Source of the DNA: Pedosphaera sp.
GTDB taxonomy: Bacteria; Verrucomicrobiota; Verrucomicrobiia; Limisphaerales; AAA164-E04
Assembly: GCA_002686885.1 (NCBI GenBank)
Contig: NYYT01000034.1
Coordinates: 16,872 to 54,437 of the forward strand
DNA length: 37,566 bases
Direction: 5' to 3'
The notes under the pieces were generated by a model that was given only the letters and a program-made list of their open reading frames with translations, was not told where the DNA came from and ran no database searches. The position numbers and the translations under genes were made by a program. Of the stretch, positions 19,211 to 29,000 are shown in pieces (positions within the stretch are counted from its first letter, which is position 1; every line of letters begins with the position of its first letter).

Positions 19211-19359
19211 CGAATAATTCGACCTTGGAACCTTCCCCACTAGTGAGTTGCACTCATCGAATCACCTCCTTTCACCATGCCTCGAGGACATTCACCTAAT
19301 CGCTTGCCTTGCGTTCAAGAGGAGTGGAAGCTTTGGGCCGTTGAACTTCCCAACAAGCC

Positions 19360-20625
19360 ATGTATCAACTCAGTCAATTAGCCAACGGTTGTCGCATCGC
19401 AAGCGCCTATCTGCCCTCCATGTCGAGTGTTTGCGTGGGGGTTTGGGCCGGTACTGGAAGTCGCCATGAATCAGCCCAGCAGGGAGGCATCAGTCATTTC
19501 ATTGAACACATGCTCTTCAAAGGTACAACTGGGCGCACGGCTAAAGCGATTACAGAATCGGTGGAAAGCCTGGGGGGATACCTCAATGCCTTTACTTCGG
19601 AAGAAAACACCTGCTACTACGCAAGGGCCAGCAGCCGACATTTTGCAACCCTCAGCGACGTCCTCATGGATATGGCCATGAATCCGACCTTTCTTAAGGA
19701 AGAACTGACCAAAGAACGTGAGGTTATTTTGGAGGAACTCGCCATGATCATGGATCAGCCCCATCAGCGGGTTCTGGAGATGCTCAATGAAGTCTGTTGG
19801 CCAAACCATCCATTGGGTCGATGCATCACTGGCACCCCGGAGACACTCGTCAGCATGAATGCCGGAAGGTTGCGCCGTTTCTGGGGCAAACACTACCATG
19901 CAAGCAATTTATTGGTTGCCGTCGCAGGTCCCTTGGAGCACCGACAAGTCGTTCGACAACTTCGTCCATTGGCAAGAAAACTGCCATCCGGCATACCACC
20001 CCATGAGAAGGCTGTGCGCAGCCGACAACGCCATCCCGGGCTCATTCATTTGAGACGTTCCTCTGAGCAGGTACAGCTGGCCATTGGAATCAAGACCAAC
20101 TCTCGCCATGATTCCAATCAATATGCGTTGCGAATCCTCAACACCATCCTTGGAGAGAACATGAGCTCACGTTTGTTTCAGAGCCTGCGCGAGGACCACG
20201 GGCTAGCCTATTCGATCTACAGTTCCCTGGGTTTCTTCAATGATGCTGGCTTGATGACCATCGCTGCGGGCATCGAAGCCACCAACATCCCCAGAAGCCT
20301 ACAGCTGATACAGCAAATTCTTGAGGAACTCTGCCAGAAACCTCCGTCCGTCAAGGAGATCCATCAGGCACGTGATTACCTCATCGGCCAACTGGAACTT
20401 CATCTGGAAAATACTGAAAACCACATGATCTGGTTGGGAGAGCATGTTTTGGGCTTTGGCCACCCTCCCATCCAGAATCAATTTCAAAACCGACTGCAGT
20501 GCGTCACTCCAAATGCCGTATGGACGGCCGCCCAAAAAACTTTCCGGCCGCAGCACATGAATCTTGCGGCAGTAGGACCCGTTGCAAAAAGGCAACTTTC
20601 CCCATTCCAACATTGGATGTCTTGA
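19360..20625 (+). CDS. M16 (pitrilysin/insulinase) family zinc peptidase
   Basis: GSRHE, HFIEHMLFKGT (HxxEH), LNAFTSEENT, EREVILEE and SSRLFQSLREDHGLAYSI. Confidence 0.94.
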   Translation: MYQLSQLANGCRIASAYLPSMSSVCVGVWAGTGSRHESAQQGGISHFIEHMLFKGTTGRTAKAITESVESLGGYLNAFTSEENTCYYARASSRHFATLSDVLMDMAMNPTFLKEELTKEREVILEELAMIMDQPHQRVLEMLNEVCWPNHPLGRCITGTPETLVSMNAGRLRRFWGKHYHASNLLVAVAGPLEHRQVVRQLRPLARKLPSGIPPHEKAVRSRQRHPGLIHLRRSSEQVQLAIGIKTNSRHDSNQYALRILNTILGENMSSRLFQSLREDHGLAYSIYSSLGFFNDAGLMTIAAGIEATNIPRSLQLIQQILEELCQKPPSVKEIHQARDYLIGQLELHLENTENHMIWLGEHVLGFGHPPIQNQFQNRLQCVTPNAVWTAAQKTFRPQHMNLAAVGPVAKRQLSPFQHWMS

Positions 20626-20657
20626 CCCAAAGCCTCCCCTTACCCAGCATCCCCTTC

Positions 20658-20999
20658 ATGGCTTTTCGTGTTCTCATCGATAAAAAAGATCTTCAGATTG
20701 GGGAAACCATGGTGTTCGATTACACAGAGGTGGGTATCCCTCGACAGGGTTTTTTGGCCCGCTTGGAGGATGGATGGGTGGCCTACGAAAATCGCTGCCG
20801 CCATCTCCCGATCAGTCTCGACATGGATGACAACCAGTTCTTCACGCGGGACAAAGCCTATTTTTTTTGCCAGAGCCATGGCGCTCTTTACGAACCGCAA
20901 ACGGGCAAATGCGTGCAGGGCCCTTGCGCCGGAGCAGCACTGAAGCCCATTGCGCTGATCATTCAAGAGCATCAGATTGGACTCGAGACCGAAGATTAA
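20658..20999 (+). CDS. Small Rieske [2Fe-2S] ferredoxin
   Basis: YENRCRH (CxH) and CQSHGALY (CxxH), then TGKCVQGPCAGAAL. ATG 20658 lies just after the peptidase stop. Confidence 0.9.
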   Translation: MAFRVLIDKKDLQIGETMVFDYTEVGIPRQGFLARLEDGWVAYENRCRHLPISLDMDDNQFFTRDKAYFFCQSHGALYEPQTGKCVQGPCAGAALKPIALIIQEHQIGLETED

Positions 21000-21238
21000 C
21001 CTCCACCTCTGGAATAAGGGTCCTGCCCCGGATCATCTAGATACTCTCCTGGAGGCAGCTCACCATAACCCTCAAAATGGTCGGGACGAAGAGGTTCGGA
21101 AATCACCCTCTCCTCGGAGAGCCATTTCCCTAGATCCACCCACTTACAGCGCTGACTGCAAAAAGGACCGCAGGCCTGCGTAAGCCAAGCTCCGCGCTTT
21201 TGACAAGTCGGGCAGAGGATGGATGCATCATTCGCCAT
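20996..21238 (-). CDS. yacG: DNA gyrase inhibitor YacG (zinc finger)
   Basis: CPTC...PFCSQRCKWVDLGKWL. Confidence 0.92.
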   Translation of the reverse strand: MANDASILCPTCQKRGAWLTQACGPFCSQRCKWVDLGKWLSEERVISEPLRPDHFEGYGELPPGEYLDDPGQDPYSRGGG

Positions 21239-21253
21239 GAGCCCTCAAAGCAA

Positions 21254-22495
21254 CTAGCCGCGCCGAATCTCCGAACCCTGAAAACGTATGGTGATTCGAA
21301 AAACCTTTTTTTGCCGACAAGAAATATCGCCACTGGCCAGATCCACTTGCTCGGGAATTTCTATCCGATGAAGATCGACCACAGCATGATAGCCTCTCTC
21401 GGAAAAGATATCGATGAGCATGGCAAGTGCTTCGCTGTCGTGAAGCAAGGGATCTTCAATATTGACGGTTGCGAGCCCCGAAATGGCGTGCCTCACCACA
21501 ACAGGCATGATCTTTTCCTGAATCAAACCAATTACCTGATGAAAAAGTTCGGTTTGATTGAGTTCATAGGCATCGAGGCGCTTCACCAGATCCTGCCGCG
21601 CATGAAGAATGATCTCACTGGCAAGTGGCAGATTGCGAAGGCTATCGTAGGTCTGAGGATCCAGCTCCAGCAAACTCTGATAGCGCAATTCATTAAGAAT
21701 GTTGCGCTCCACTTCGGCCACCGAGCCTTGTGCGTTGACGAAATGGTAGAAGAAAGTCTGTTTGAGTGACTGGAGTGCCTCCCAGGTCTGCTCCTTGAAC
21801 ACCTGATACCTTCGTCGGGCCGCCTTGGGGTCCAGGTCGGTGGGACGCAACTCCACACATTCCCCAACACCGGTAGTACGAACCTCCTGATTGTGCGCCT
21901 CAGCTTGATGTCCACGTTTGATCTGCCTTTCCACACTGGTCTTTTCATCCACGAAAAGGACCATGATGTGGATGGTCGGCTGACGAAAGTGCACCCTCAA
22001 GGGTGTTTCAAAAAAGCGTGCCCTTAACTCCTTCATCTTATCAACAAGAAGCTTGAGACACTCCACCTGCACCTCGGTTCTGGGAAAACCATCAAGGATG
22101 GCGCCATCTCGATAATCAGGGTCCAGAAGTTTCCTGAAAAGAATCCCAACCACCTCCCGGTCACCAACCATGTAACCCGCATCGATGACCTTGCGGGCCT
22201 CAGGCGATGTCAGAAGCGAGCTCACCACGATGGATGGGCAAGTCAGACCACGCGTTTTCTGTATGAACCGGGTATGCGTGCCCTTGCCAGAGCCAGGGGC
22301 TCCTCCCAGAAGAATGATCTCCTTGGGGAAGCGGAGCATGTCATCCCCCAGATCCTGCTCGAGCTCATTCCACACAGAATGGAAGATGATCTGAGCATCT
22401 TTGATTTCCAGATCGTGCACCACTGCTTTGGGCTTCCCGGAAGCAGGTCCTTTTGCGGGCTTTGCAGGGCCCGTTGGTTCTGATGACATCACCAT
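21254..22495 (-). CDS. adk: Adenylate/nucleoside monophosphate kinase with long N- and C-terminal extensions
   Basis: P-loop LGGAPGSGKGT and ILDGFPRTEVQ. At 413 aa it is about twice the length of a typical Adk. Confidence 0.8.
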   Translation of the reverse strand: MVMSSEPTGPAKPAKGPASGKPKAVVHDLEIKDAQIIFHSVWNELEQDLGDDMLRFPKEIILLGGAPGSGKGTHTRFIQKTRGLTCPSIVVSSLLTSPEARKVIDAGYMVGDREVVGILFRKLLDPDYRDGAILDGFPRTEVQVECLKLLVDKMKELRARFFETPLRVHFRQPTIHIMVLFVDEKTSVERQIKRGHQAEAHNQEVRTTGVGECVELRPTDLDPKAARRRYQVFKEQTWEALQSLKQTFFYHFVNAQGSVAEVERNILNELRYQSLLELDPQTYDSLRNLPLASEIILHARQDLVKRLDAYELNQTELFHQVIGLIQEKIMPVVVRHAISGLATVNIEDPLLHDSEALAMLIDIFSERGYHAVVDLHRIEIPEQVDLASGDISCRQKKVFRITIRFQGSEIRRG

Positions 22496-22510
22496 TGGTT
22501 TAAAGAATCA

Positions 22511-22539
22511 TCTTTAGCCCACACTGGCCAGTGGTGCAA
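22511..22539 (-). promoter_or_regulatory. Possible promoter of adk with a palindrome in the spacer
   Basis: Minus strand TTGCAC-N17-TAAAGA. The spacer contains the perfect palindrome CACTGGCCAGTG (22522-22533). Confidence 0.35.
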
Positions 22540-22633
22540 GGGAGGAAACCTTCTGAAACAGGGCTAATAAAAGGCGGGCTCAGATCGTCCCCAAAGGCCG
22601 CAGGGGGAAAGGTTTCGATGCAACCTATTGATC

Positions 22634-23188
22634 TTAAGCCTTCTGCAATATCCAATCGGCAGCCTCTGGGAGGTCATGGACCCGATGAAAAGGACCTTCG
22701 GGTTCTACACCTGCCTGTTCCAACTGCGCCCCATAACCCGTGCGGACCAAAATCGAAGTCGCAACCCCGGCTGCCCAACCGCATTGCAGATCACAAAGCT
22801 TGTCGCCGATCATGAAACTTTGTTTCAAGTCGAGTCGATAATCGCGGGCTGCATCCCATAGAAACTGGGGGGATGGTTTGCGCCCATAAGAGGGTTGACC
22901 GGGCACCTCAGGGGCAAAGTAAATATGTCGAAAAGTCACACCATAGGGACGCAGAATGGAACACAAGCGATCATGCACTCGATGCATGTCTTCCTCGCTG
23001 AAATACCCGCGACCGATTCCAGACTGATTGGTGACCACAAACAACTCCATCCCGGCAGACTGCAGAAGGCTCAGGGATTCCGGGACTCCTTCAAACAATT
23101 CCAGTTCCTCAGGTTTGCTCAAATAGTGCTTCTCGAGGTTGAGCGTGCCATCCCGATCCAGAAAAACGGCCCTGGCCAAATCACCCAT
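22634..23188 (-). CDS. gmhB: D-glycero-D-manno-heptose 1,7-bisphosphate phosphatase (HAD IIIA)
   Basis: FLDRDGTLN, VTNQSGIGRG, RKP, MIGDK and VRTGYG. It overlaps the heptose kinase gene. Confidence 0.9.
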   Translation of the reverse strand: MGDLARAVFLDRDGTLNLEKHYLSKPEELELFEGVPESLSLLQSAGMELFVVTNQSGIGRGYFSEEDMHRVHDRLCSILRPYGVTFRHIYFAPEVPGQPSYGRKPSPQFLWDAARDYRLDLKQSFMIGDKLCDLQCGWAAGVATSILVRTGYGAQLEQAGVEPEGPFHRVHDLPEAADWILQKA

Positions 23189-24209
23189 GGTCCCTCACTG
23201 AGTTCAGCCATTCCTGCAAACTGTGAGTGGCAGTCCCGCTTTTACCCACCACCACACCCGCAGCGTGATTGGCAAGTATGGCGGCCTCCACTGGCGAGGC
23301 TCCCCCTGAAATGGCAAGTGTGAAGGCCGCAATGGCCGTGTCTCCAGCCCCAGAGACATCGTAGACTTCCCGAGCCATGGTGGGAATGTGGAAAGGTTCC
23401 TGCCCCCTTTGGCAAAGCAACATGCCTCTCTCTCCCAAAGTGACCAGCATCATCGCAGGGGCGGCTTCGGTCATCAGCTGGGCAATCACCTCGTGGAGCG
23501 CCCGATCCTTGAGAGGATCCACGGTTCCAGGCACCTCGGGGCGTCGCGCCAAAGCAAAGAGCTCCTTGCGATTGGGCGTCATCAGAGAAAGTCCTTTCAA
23601 ATGGAGTGGCTTGACTGGCTTGGGGTCCATGCTGAGCCAGATCCCACGTTGTCGACACATCACGGTCAGAGAATCTAACAACTCCTGAGTCACCACACCC
23701 TTGCCATAATCGCAGAGAATCACTGCCGAAACTTTCGATGTGAGGTGGCGCTCAACACGTTTGAGCAGTTGTTCGGTCTGGCGAGTGGTAATGGGCTCAC
23801 GGCGCTCTCGATCCACCCTTACCATTTGCTGACGCAAGGCAACGATGCGCGTTTTCAGTGCGGTCATGCGGGAAGCACTGCGGAGCACACCGCCACAACC
23901 CACCTGGCATTGCTTGAGCTGCTCGATGAGGTGATCCCCTGCCACATCACGGCCAATCCACGAGCAAATGACCGTATCGGTATTCCATGCCGTCAGGTTA
24001 CGCGCTACATTGGCTGCTCCGCCAGGCATGTAACGCTCATCCTGGAAATCCAGAACGGGGACAGGAGCCTCAGGGGAGATGCGGGTGACCTGCCCCCAGA
24101 TAAATTGGTCAAGCATGACATCTCCAACCACCAATATGCGCTGAGACATCCCTGCCTCGAGAATGGCTTGTGCCCGCAAGGGATCCATGGAAGGCAGTTT
24201 CGGCATCAC
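23181..24209 (-). CDS. rfaE1: D-glycero-beta-D-manno-heptose-7-phosphate kinase (stand-alone HldE/RfaE domain I, PfkB family)
   Basis: [35 protein letters not shown] and [11 protein letters not shown]. There is no fused adenylyltransferase domain. Confidence 0.93.
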   Translation of the reverse strand: MMPKLPSMDPLRAQAILEAGMSQRILVVGDVMLDQFIWGQVTRISPEAPVPVLDFQDERYMPGGAANVARNLTAWNTDTVICSWIGRDVAGDHLIEQLKQCQVGCGGVLRSASRMTALKTRIVALRQQMVRVDRERREPITTRQTEQLLKRVERHLTSKVSAVILCDYGKGVVTQELLDSLTVMCRQRGIWLSMDPKPVKPLHLKGLSLMTPNRKELFALARRPEVPGTVDPLKDRALHEVIAQLMTEAAPAMMLVTLGERGMLLCQRGQEPFHIPTMAREVYDVSGAGDTAIAAFTLAISGGASPVEAAILANHAAGVVVGKSGTATHSLQEWLNSVRDHG

Positions 24210-25003
24210 GAGGCTTCCAGAAAGGCCGTTAACGGACTCGATGCGTTGGCCGTGCTCGAAGTAGCACCCAGACCGATTTCATAGGCTTCACGACCCGCTT
24301 GCACGGCCTTCTTAAAAGCCATCGCCATTCGAACCGGATCCTGGCAAACAGCAATCGCCGTGTTGATGAGAACCGCATCGGCTCCCAGCTCCATGGCTTC
24401 GGCTGCATGACTGGGTGCTCCCAGACCTGCATCCACCACCACCGGGACTTCAGCTTGTTCAATGATGATGCGAATCTGGTCACGCGTGGCTACCCCCTGA
24501 TTGGAACCAATGGGCGAGCCCAATGGCATGACCGTTGCCGTGCCCACGGCTTGCAGACGCTTGGCCAATACAGGATCCGCATTGATGTAGGGCAAAACAG
24601 TAAAACCTTCGGAAACCAATTGTTCGGCAGCCTTGAGGGTCTCTACCGGATCGGGCAGCAGATATCTTGGATCCGGGTGAATTTCAAGTTTGACCCACTT
24701 GGGGAGACCAGCTGCGGCGGCCAGTCGAGCCAACCGTATGGCTTCCTGAGCATCCATCGCCCCGCTGGTGTTGGGAAGAACAAGGAACTTTTTCGGGTCA
24801 ATGAATTCGAGAATATTGGCGAATGGGTCTTTGGCGCCGGAGAGATCAGCCCGCCTCAAGGCAACCGTCACGATCTCTCCCCCGGTGGCATCCAAGGCAT
24901 CCCGCATGAGATGCGGCGATGCAAACTTCCCTGTTCCTACTAAAAGGCGAGAACCAAAAGAGCGCCCACCGATGTTTAAGGTTTTGTCATCCGCTGCTGA
25001 CAT
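24206..25003 (-). CDS. thiG: Thiazole synthase
   Basis: [37 protein letters not shown] and ASSPL. Confidence 0.97.
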   Translation of the reverse strand: MSAADDKTLNIGGRSFGSRLLVGTGKFASPHLMRDALDATGGEIVTVALRRADLSGAKDPFANILEFIDPKKFLVLPNTSGAMDAQEAIRLARLAAAAGLPKWVKLEIHPDPRYLLPDPVETLKAAEQLVSEGFTVLPYINADPVLAKRLQAVGTATVMPLGSPIGSNQGVATRDQIRIIIEQAEVPVVVDAGLGAPSHAAEAMELGADAVLINTAIAVCQDPVRMAMAFKKAVQAGREAYEIGLGATSSTANASSPLTAFLEAS

Positions 25004-25050
25004 AGGCTGTTAAGATAGGTCATTTGAGGATAAGTTCCAGCCTGCGATGC

Positions 25051-25635
25051 TCAAATCATGAGCTCCAAGATACGATCACTCAATTGACGTTTCCACCGCT
25101 CAAGAAATGTAAAGCGGTGATAGAGTTCGGTCAACTCGCCAACGAGTGATCGAGGGATGGAACCCTCTTCTTGGCGATGGGATTCCCATGAAACCTGGTG
25201 TCGTGAGAGAAGGCCCTCGAGATGCTGCAGATCGTCCTCCAAAGCCGAGCGAAGTGATTCACAGGTTTTGCGTTCATTCAACGCCTTGCTAAGAAATACG
25301 ACTTGTAAGAGCTCGGGCGCGTCTGAAGGTGGTTTCTGCTTGAGCATGGCATCGGTGGCATGGAGACAAGCACCCACCTCCATGAATCGGTCTCCGAGGT
25401 CTTCGGGAACCTCCTGCATCGGAACCAGCGAGGTTTGAAAACATTCTTGAAGCAGATACTTGAGCCGACTGGGGATCGCTCCAAGAATCTGGTAGGCATG
25501 ATGGAGGGATTGAGCTTCTGCTTCATTTTCAGGCCCCTTGAGCTCGGCCGCTCGCTCCAAGTAGCGGCTTTTGAGTGTCTCTGCATCCAGCACCAAGCTC
25601 GGAGTGACCCCAAGAAGTTGGAAATACGAATCCAC
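25051..25635 (-). CDS. HscB-like co-chaperone with a degenerate J-domain
   Basis: DSYFQLLG...LDAETLKSRY...AYQIL....SRLKYLL is the HscB pattern, followed by a helical C-domain. The gene sits directly after iscA. HPD is absent. The start is GTG 25635 or TTG 25647. Confidence 0.7.
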   Translation of the reverse strand: MDSYFQLLGVTPSLVLDAETLKSRYLERAAELKGPENEAEAQSLHHAYQILGAIPSRLKYLLQECFQTSLVPMQEVPEDLGDRFMEVGACLHATDAMLKQKPPSDAPELLQVVFLSKALNERKTCESLRSALEDDLQHLEGLLSRHQVSWESHRQEEGSIPRSLVGELTELYHRFTFLERWKRQLSDRILELMI

Positions 25636-25665
25636 GACAAACGACAAGAAAGCAGACCTATCTGG

Positions 25666-26052
25666 TCAGGCACTGAAACTCTCGCCACAGGAGCAACTCG
25701 ACGCCGCATTGGGATTACTGACCTTGAATCCTCCATCCTGAAAGGATTCCCTGTAGTCCAATTCAGAACCCGTCACATAAAGGGCACTTTTAGGGTCTAC
25801 CACCACCCGGACGCCTTGAGACTCCACTACAATGTCGCGGTGAGCCGGTTGATCCTGAAGATCCATTTTATACTGAAGCCCCGAGCAGCCACCACCGACC
25901 ACGGCGACTCGCAAAATCCCATGCGGCCTTCCCTGTCGAGAGAGAAGAGAAGACACCTTGTTGCCAGCCTGTTCGGTGAGACGAATCAGACGCTCATCCC
26001 CCTGCCGGATACTCACTTCACTTTGGGATTTCTTCAACTTGCCCGTGATCAT
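25666..26052 (-). CDS. iscA: HesB/IscA/ErpA A-type Fe-S carrier
   Basis: LRVAVVGGGCSGLQY, VDPKS, NPNA and CSCGESF. ATG 26052 is preferred. Confidence 0.93.
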   Translation of the reverse strand: MITGKLKKSQSEVSIRQGDERLIRLTEQAGNKVSSLLSRQGRPHGILRVAVVGGGCSGLQYKMDLQDQPAHRDIVVESQGVRVVVDPKSALYVTGSELDYRESFQDGGFKVSNPNAASSCSCGESFSA

Positions 26053-26065
26053 ATCAATACCTATT

Positions 26066-26094
26066 TCTATACGGCACTCGCGGCTACCTTGCAA
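26066..26094 (-). promoter_or_regulatory. Possible promoter for the iscA run
   Basis: Minus strand TTGCAA-N17-TATAGA in the 42-bp gap before ATG 26052. Confidence 0.4.
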
Positions 26095-29000
26095 TCATGG
26101 GCTCGTTTCTTCATGCAGCACTTCAATGCGATCCCAGTAGGCGAAATCATTGGTCAGGTCATAGGCATAGTTTTCAAGACGCACCGGAACGGACGGCCCG
26201 GCAAAAGGGGTCAAGTCCACTTGAACCTCCTGCCAGGTGCCCGCGCTTGCTTCCATGCGCTGGCGATGCACGAGCTTTTGATCCACAAAGACCCTCAGCA
26301 CCCAGGGTCCATCCTGAGCAGCGCCCGCCCGGATACGCAACCAAGTAGCCCCCTCAGAGGCAACATCCAGCGTGGAGGAGAGGCTGGCAGAACGCTGGTG
26401 GCCGTAAGGATGAGTGACCAGGATGTGCTCGCGCCCATTCCAATCTGTCATCACCGCGGGAGCTGGACCTTTCTCGGCGGAATCCACCTCCCATTGTGGG
26501 TTCCAAAGGCTGATGGACTCATAGTCACGGGGCATCGAGGAGGCCTGCTCCCCTACCAGCTCACGCCGCAGGGCCGGGGTCATGCGGCGACCATCTTCAG
26601 GCGGATTAAGCACATACCATATGAGGTCTCTGAAATCCTGATCGGGCATTTGTTCCAGCCCTTCGGGCATCAGGCTGGATGGGGTTGTTTCCCTCGATGC
26701 AATATCCTTTTTGCGAACCACCTGCTCCAAAGGTCCAGCAGCGAGCAGCTTCACGTAGGTCTCGGTTTCCTCGATCACTCTACCGGAAAAGGTCCGATCA
26801 TCATGCGTCTCAACGATCACATTCTCGTAACCAGCTCCGATGATTTGATTGGGATTAATGACATTGGCCAAGAGCGCGTCAAGATTGGAGCGCCCCACTC
26901 CCGTGAGGTCTGGACCCACCGAGGCCCCTTTGCCGTGCAACTGATGACAGACCAGGCAAACCGTCTCTGCAAGCTGTTGACCACGGGCTAAATCGGGTTC
27001 CCCTTCCAGCACCATGGCTTTTTTGGCTGCGATCAATAGATCCATGTCGGCATTGGCCGGGCGCACGCGCCCGATGGCAGCCAAGGAAGCTTTCTGAATA
27101 GCTTCATCACGATGTTCGGTGAGGGCACGGATCACCGAAGCGGGCAAGTCGGAGGCAGCCACCTGTTTCTGCTCAATCCCCAAGAGCAGTCTTCTGATCC
27201 ACGCGTTTCTGGACATGAGCATTTTGATGGCCTCCTGTCGATGGGAAGGTGTCAGCTTGGACCAGGATTCCATCACGCCCTGAGCCATGGCCTCACCTTC
27301 CTGTTCGCGCATGGCGCGAATCAGTTCCAGAGTCAATGGCCCACCGGCATCCCGCTGAAAGCGCTTGAGCAAGGCTTGCTGCAAGGCGTCGTTCTGGAAG
27401 CGTCGAGCCATATCCATGGCCCTTCTCTGCGTCGGCTCATCCACCTGCTCCGATTCAATGTGCTTGACGATATTTTCCAAGGTCTTGGGATCTCGCCACA
27501 ACACCCCTAACTGCAGTAGCCACTCCTGGTGCAGGGTCCCTCCCGCTTGTGACCAACGTTCCAACAACGCCGTGGCGTTTGCGGGAGCATCGCTTCCATG
27601 CAATTCCTGTCCCTCAGCCAAGGCCCTGAGAGCTTGGAGCATCAAGCCCTGATCTGCCGCACTGAAACGATCCACAGCTTGAACCGCCAGGGCGAAGGCC
27701 TCCGGTGTGGCCATGTCACAAAGTCGCCGGAGGGTCTTGTGCGTCAGTTGACCGGCAAGCGGCTGAGCCGCGGGCCCCTCGTTCACAAGCCAATCCAAAA
27801 CGGAAGCGGGATCTTCTGCGACCCAAGGTTCGGCAGCCATCCAGGTCATGAATGGGATCAGGGGATCCTGAGCATCGGCAGAAGCACGAATCAATGCATC
27901 AAAAACAGGTCCCAGTGTTTCCAGGCCCGCAGACGAACGCCGGGGAGTATCGATGGTCAGCGACCCAGAAGCATACTGTCGCAAGGCTGTCGCCACCGCC
28001 GCCCTTACCGAGGCATGCGGATCCTTGGCCAGACGCTCGAGCCTGGCAAAAGCCCTCCAGTGGTCGGTCGCACGTTCTCCTGTCAAACGAGCAGCCCACA
28101 TGCGCAAGCCAAAATCGACATGTTGACTGGCGGCATCCAAGGTGGATTCATCCAAAAGCCCGCTCCCATGAAGGGTCCAAAGGGCACTCAAACGCCCCTC
28201 AAGGGTGGAAGCCTCTTGGATCATCGCCCTCAAGGCAGGCTGTGTCTCTGCATCACGACGCTCATTCAATAATCGCTGGGCCATTTCGCGATGCCATACG
28301 TTGGGGTGATTCAGCAGAGTCACCAGCTCCTTGCCAGAGGCTTGGGCAAGGTTCATCTCTTTCTCAGGTCGGCTTGAGATCATACCTCCTTGGCCATCGC
28401 CGGTGTAGACCACGCGCCAAATGCGACCATAAGCACGATCCACGCCTTCGGGATCGGCCCGAGCATTTTGATAGCATGGGTATTTATCATACCAATCGGC
28501 AATCCAGACCGTACCATCAGGACCAATCTGCTCACTGACGGATCGAAACCAACCATCGGAAGACTGGACGAAATTATCCATGGCGTGGGCCTTGAAGGAT
28601 GCACCATGGGGTTCCAGACGATCCATGTTGACCGCGTTTTCGTGAATATTCCCCATCAGCACTCTACCGGAATAGGCCTCAGGGTATTGATTTCCCTGAT
28701 ACACAGCCACCCCGCAGTAAGCAGCTCGATAGTGACGATGATCGACAATGGATGGTAGCAACCCATAGCTATAGGAAAATTCAGGCCGTCCGGCTTGACG
28801 GACATAAAGTCCCCCCGGAGCCATGTGAAAGAGATGGTCAATGACACAGGCACTGACAAAAGCATTGCCATAGCGATCAAAATCCACGTGCCATTGATTG
28901 GATGCGCCATCCGAAAAAATCTCGAACCGTTTGGAAGTCGGGTGATAGCGGGCCACGGCCGCGTTCATGATGACTTCGGGGCGCTCGGGGTGATCGGGAT

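Noticed and set aside
25004-25050. AGGCTG...CAGCCT inverted repeat before thiG as a possible TPP riboswitch
   Set aside because: The gap is only 47 nt and lacks the conserved CUGAGA and other TPP aptamer elements.
25360-26991. 543-aa plus-strand ORF spanning three genes
   Set aside because: It is the exact codon-antisense frame of the CxxCH, iscA and hscB-like genes, which happen to share one frame. It has no recognisable motifs, so it is a shadow ORF.
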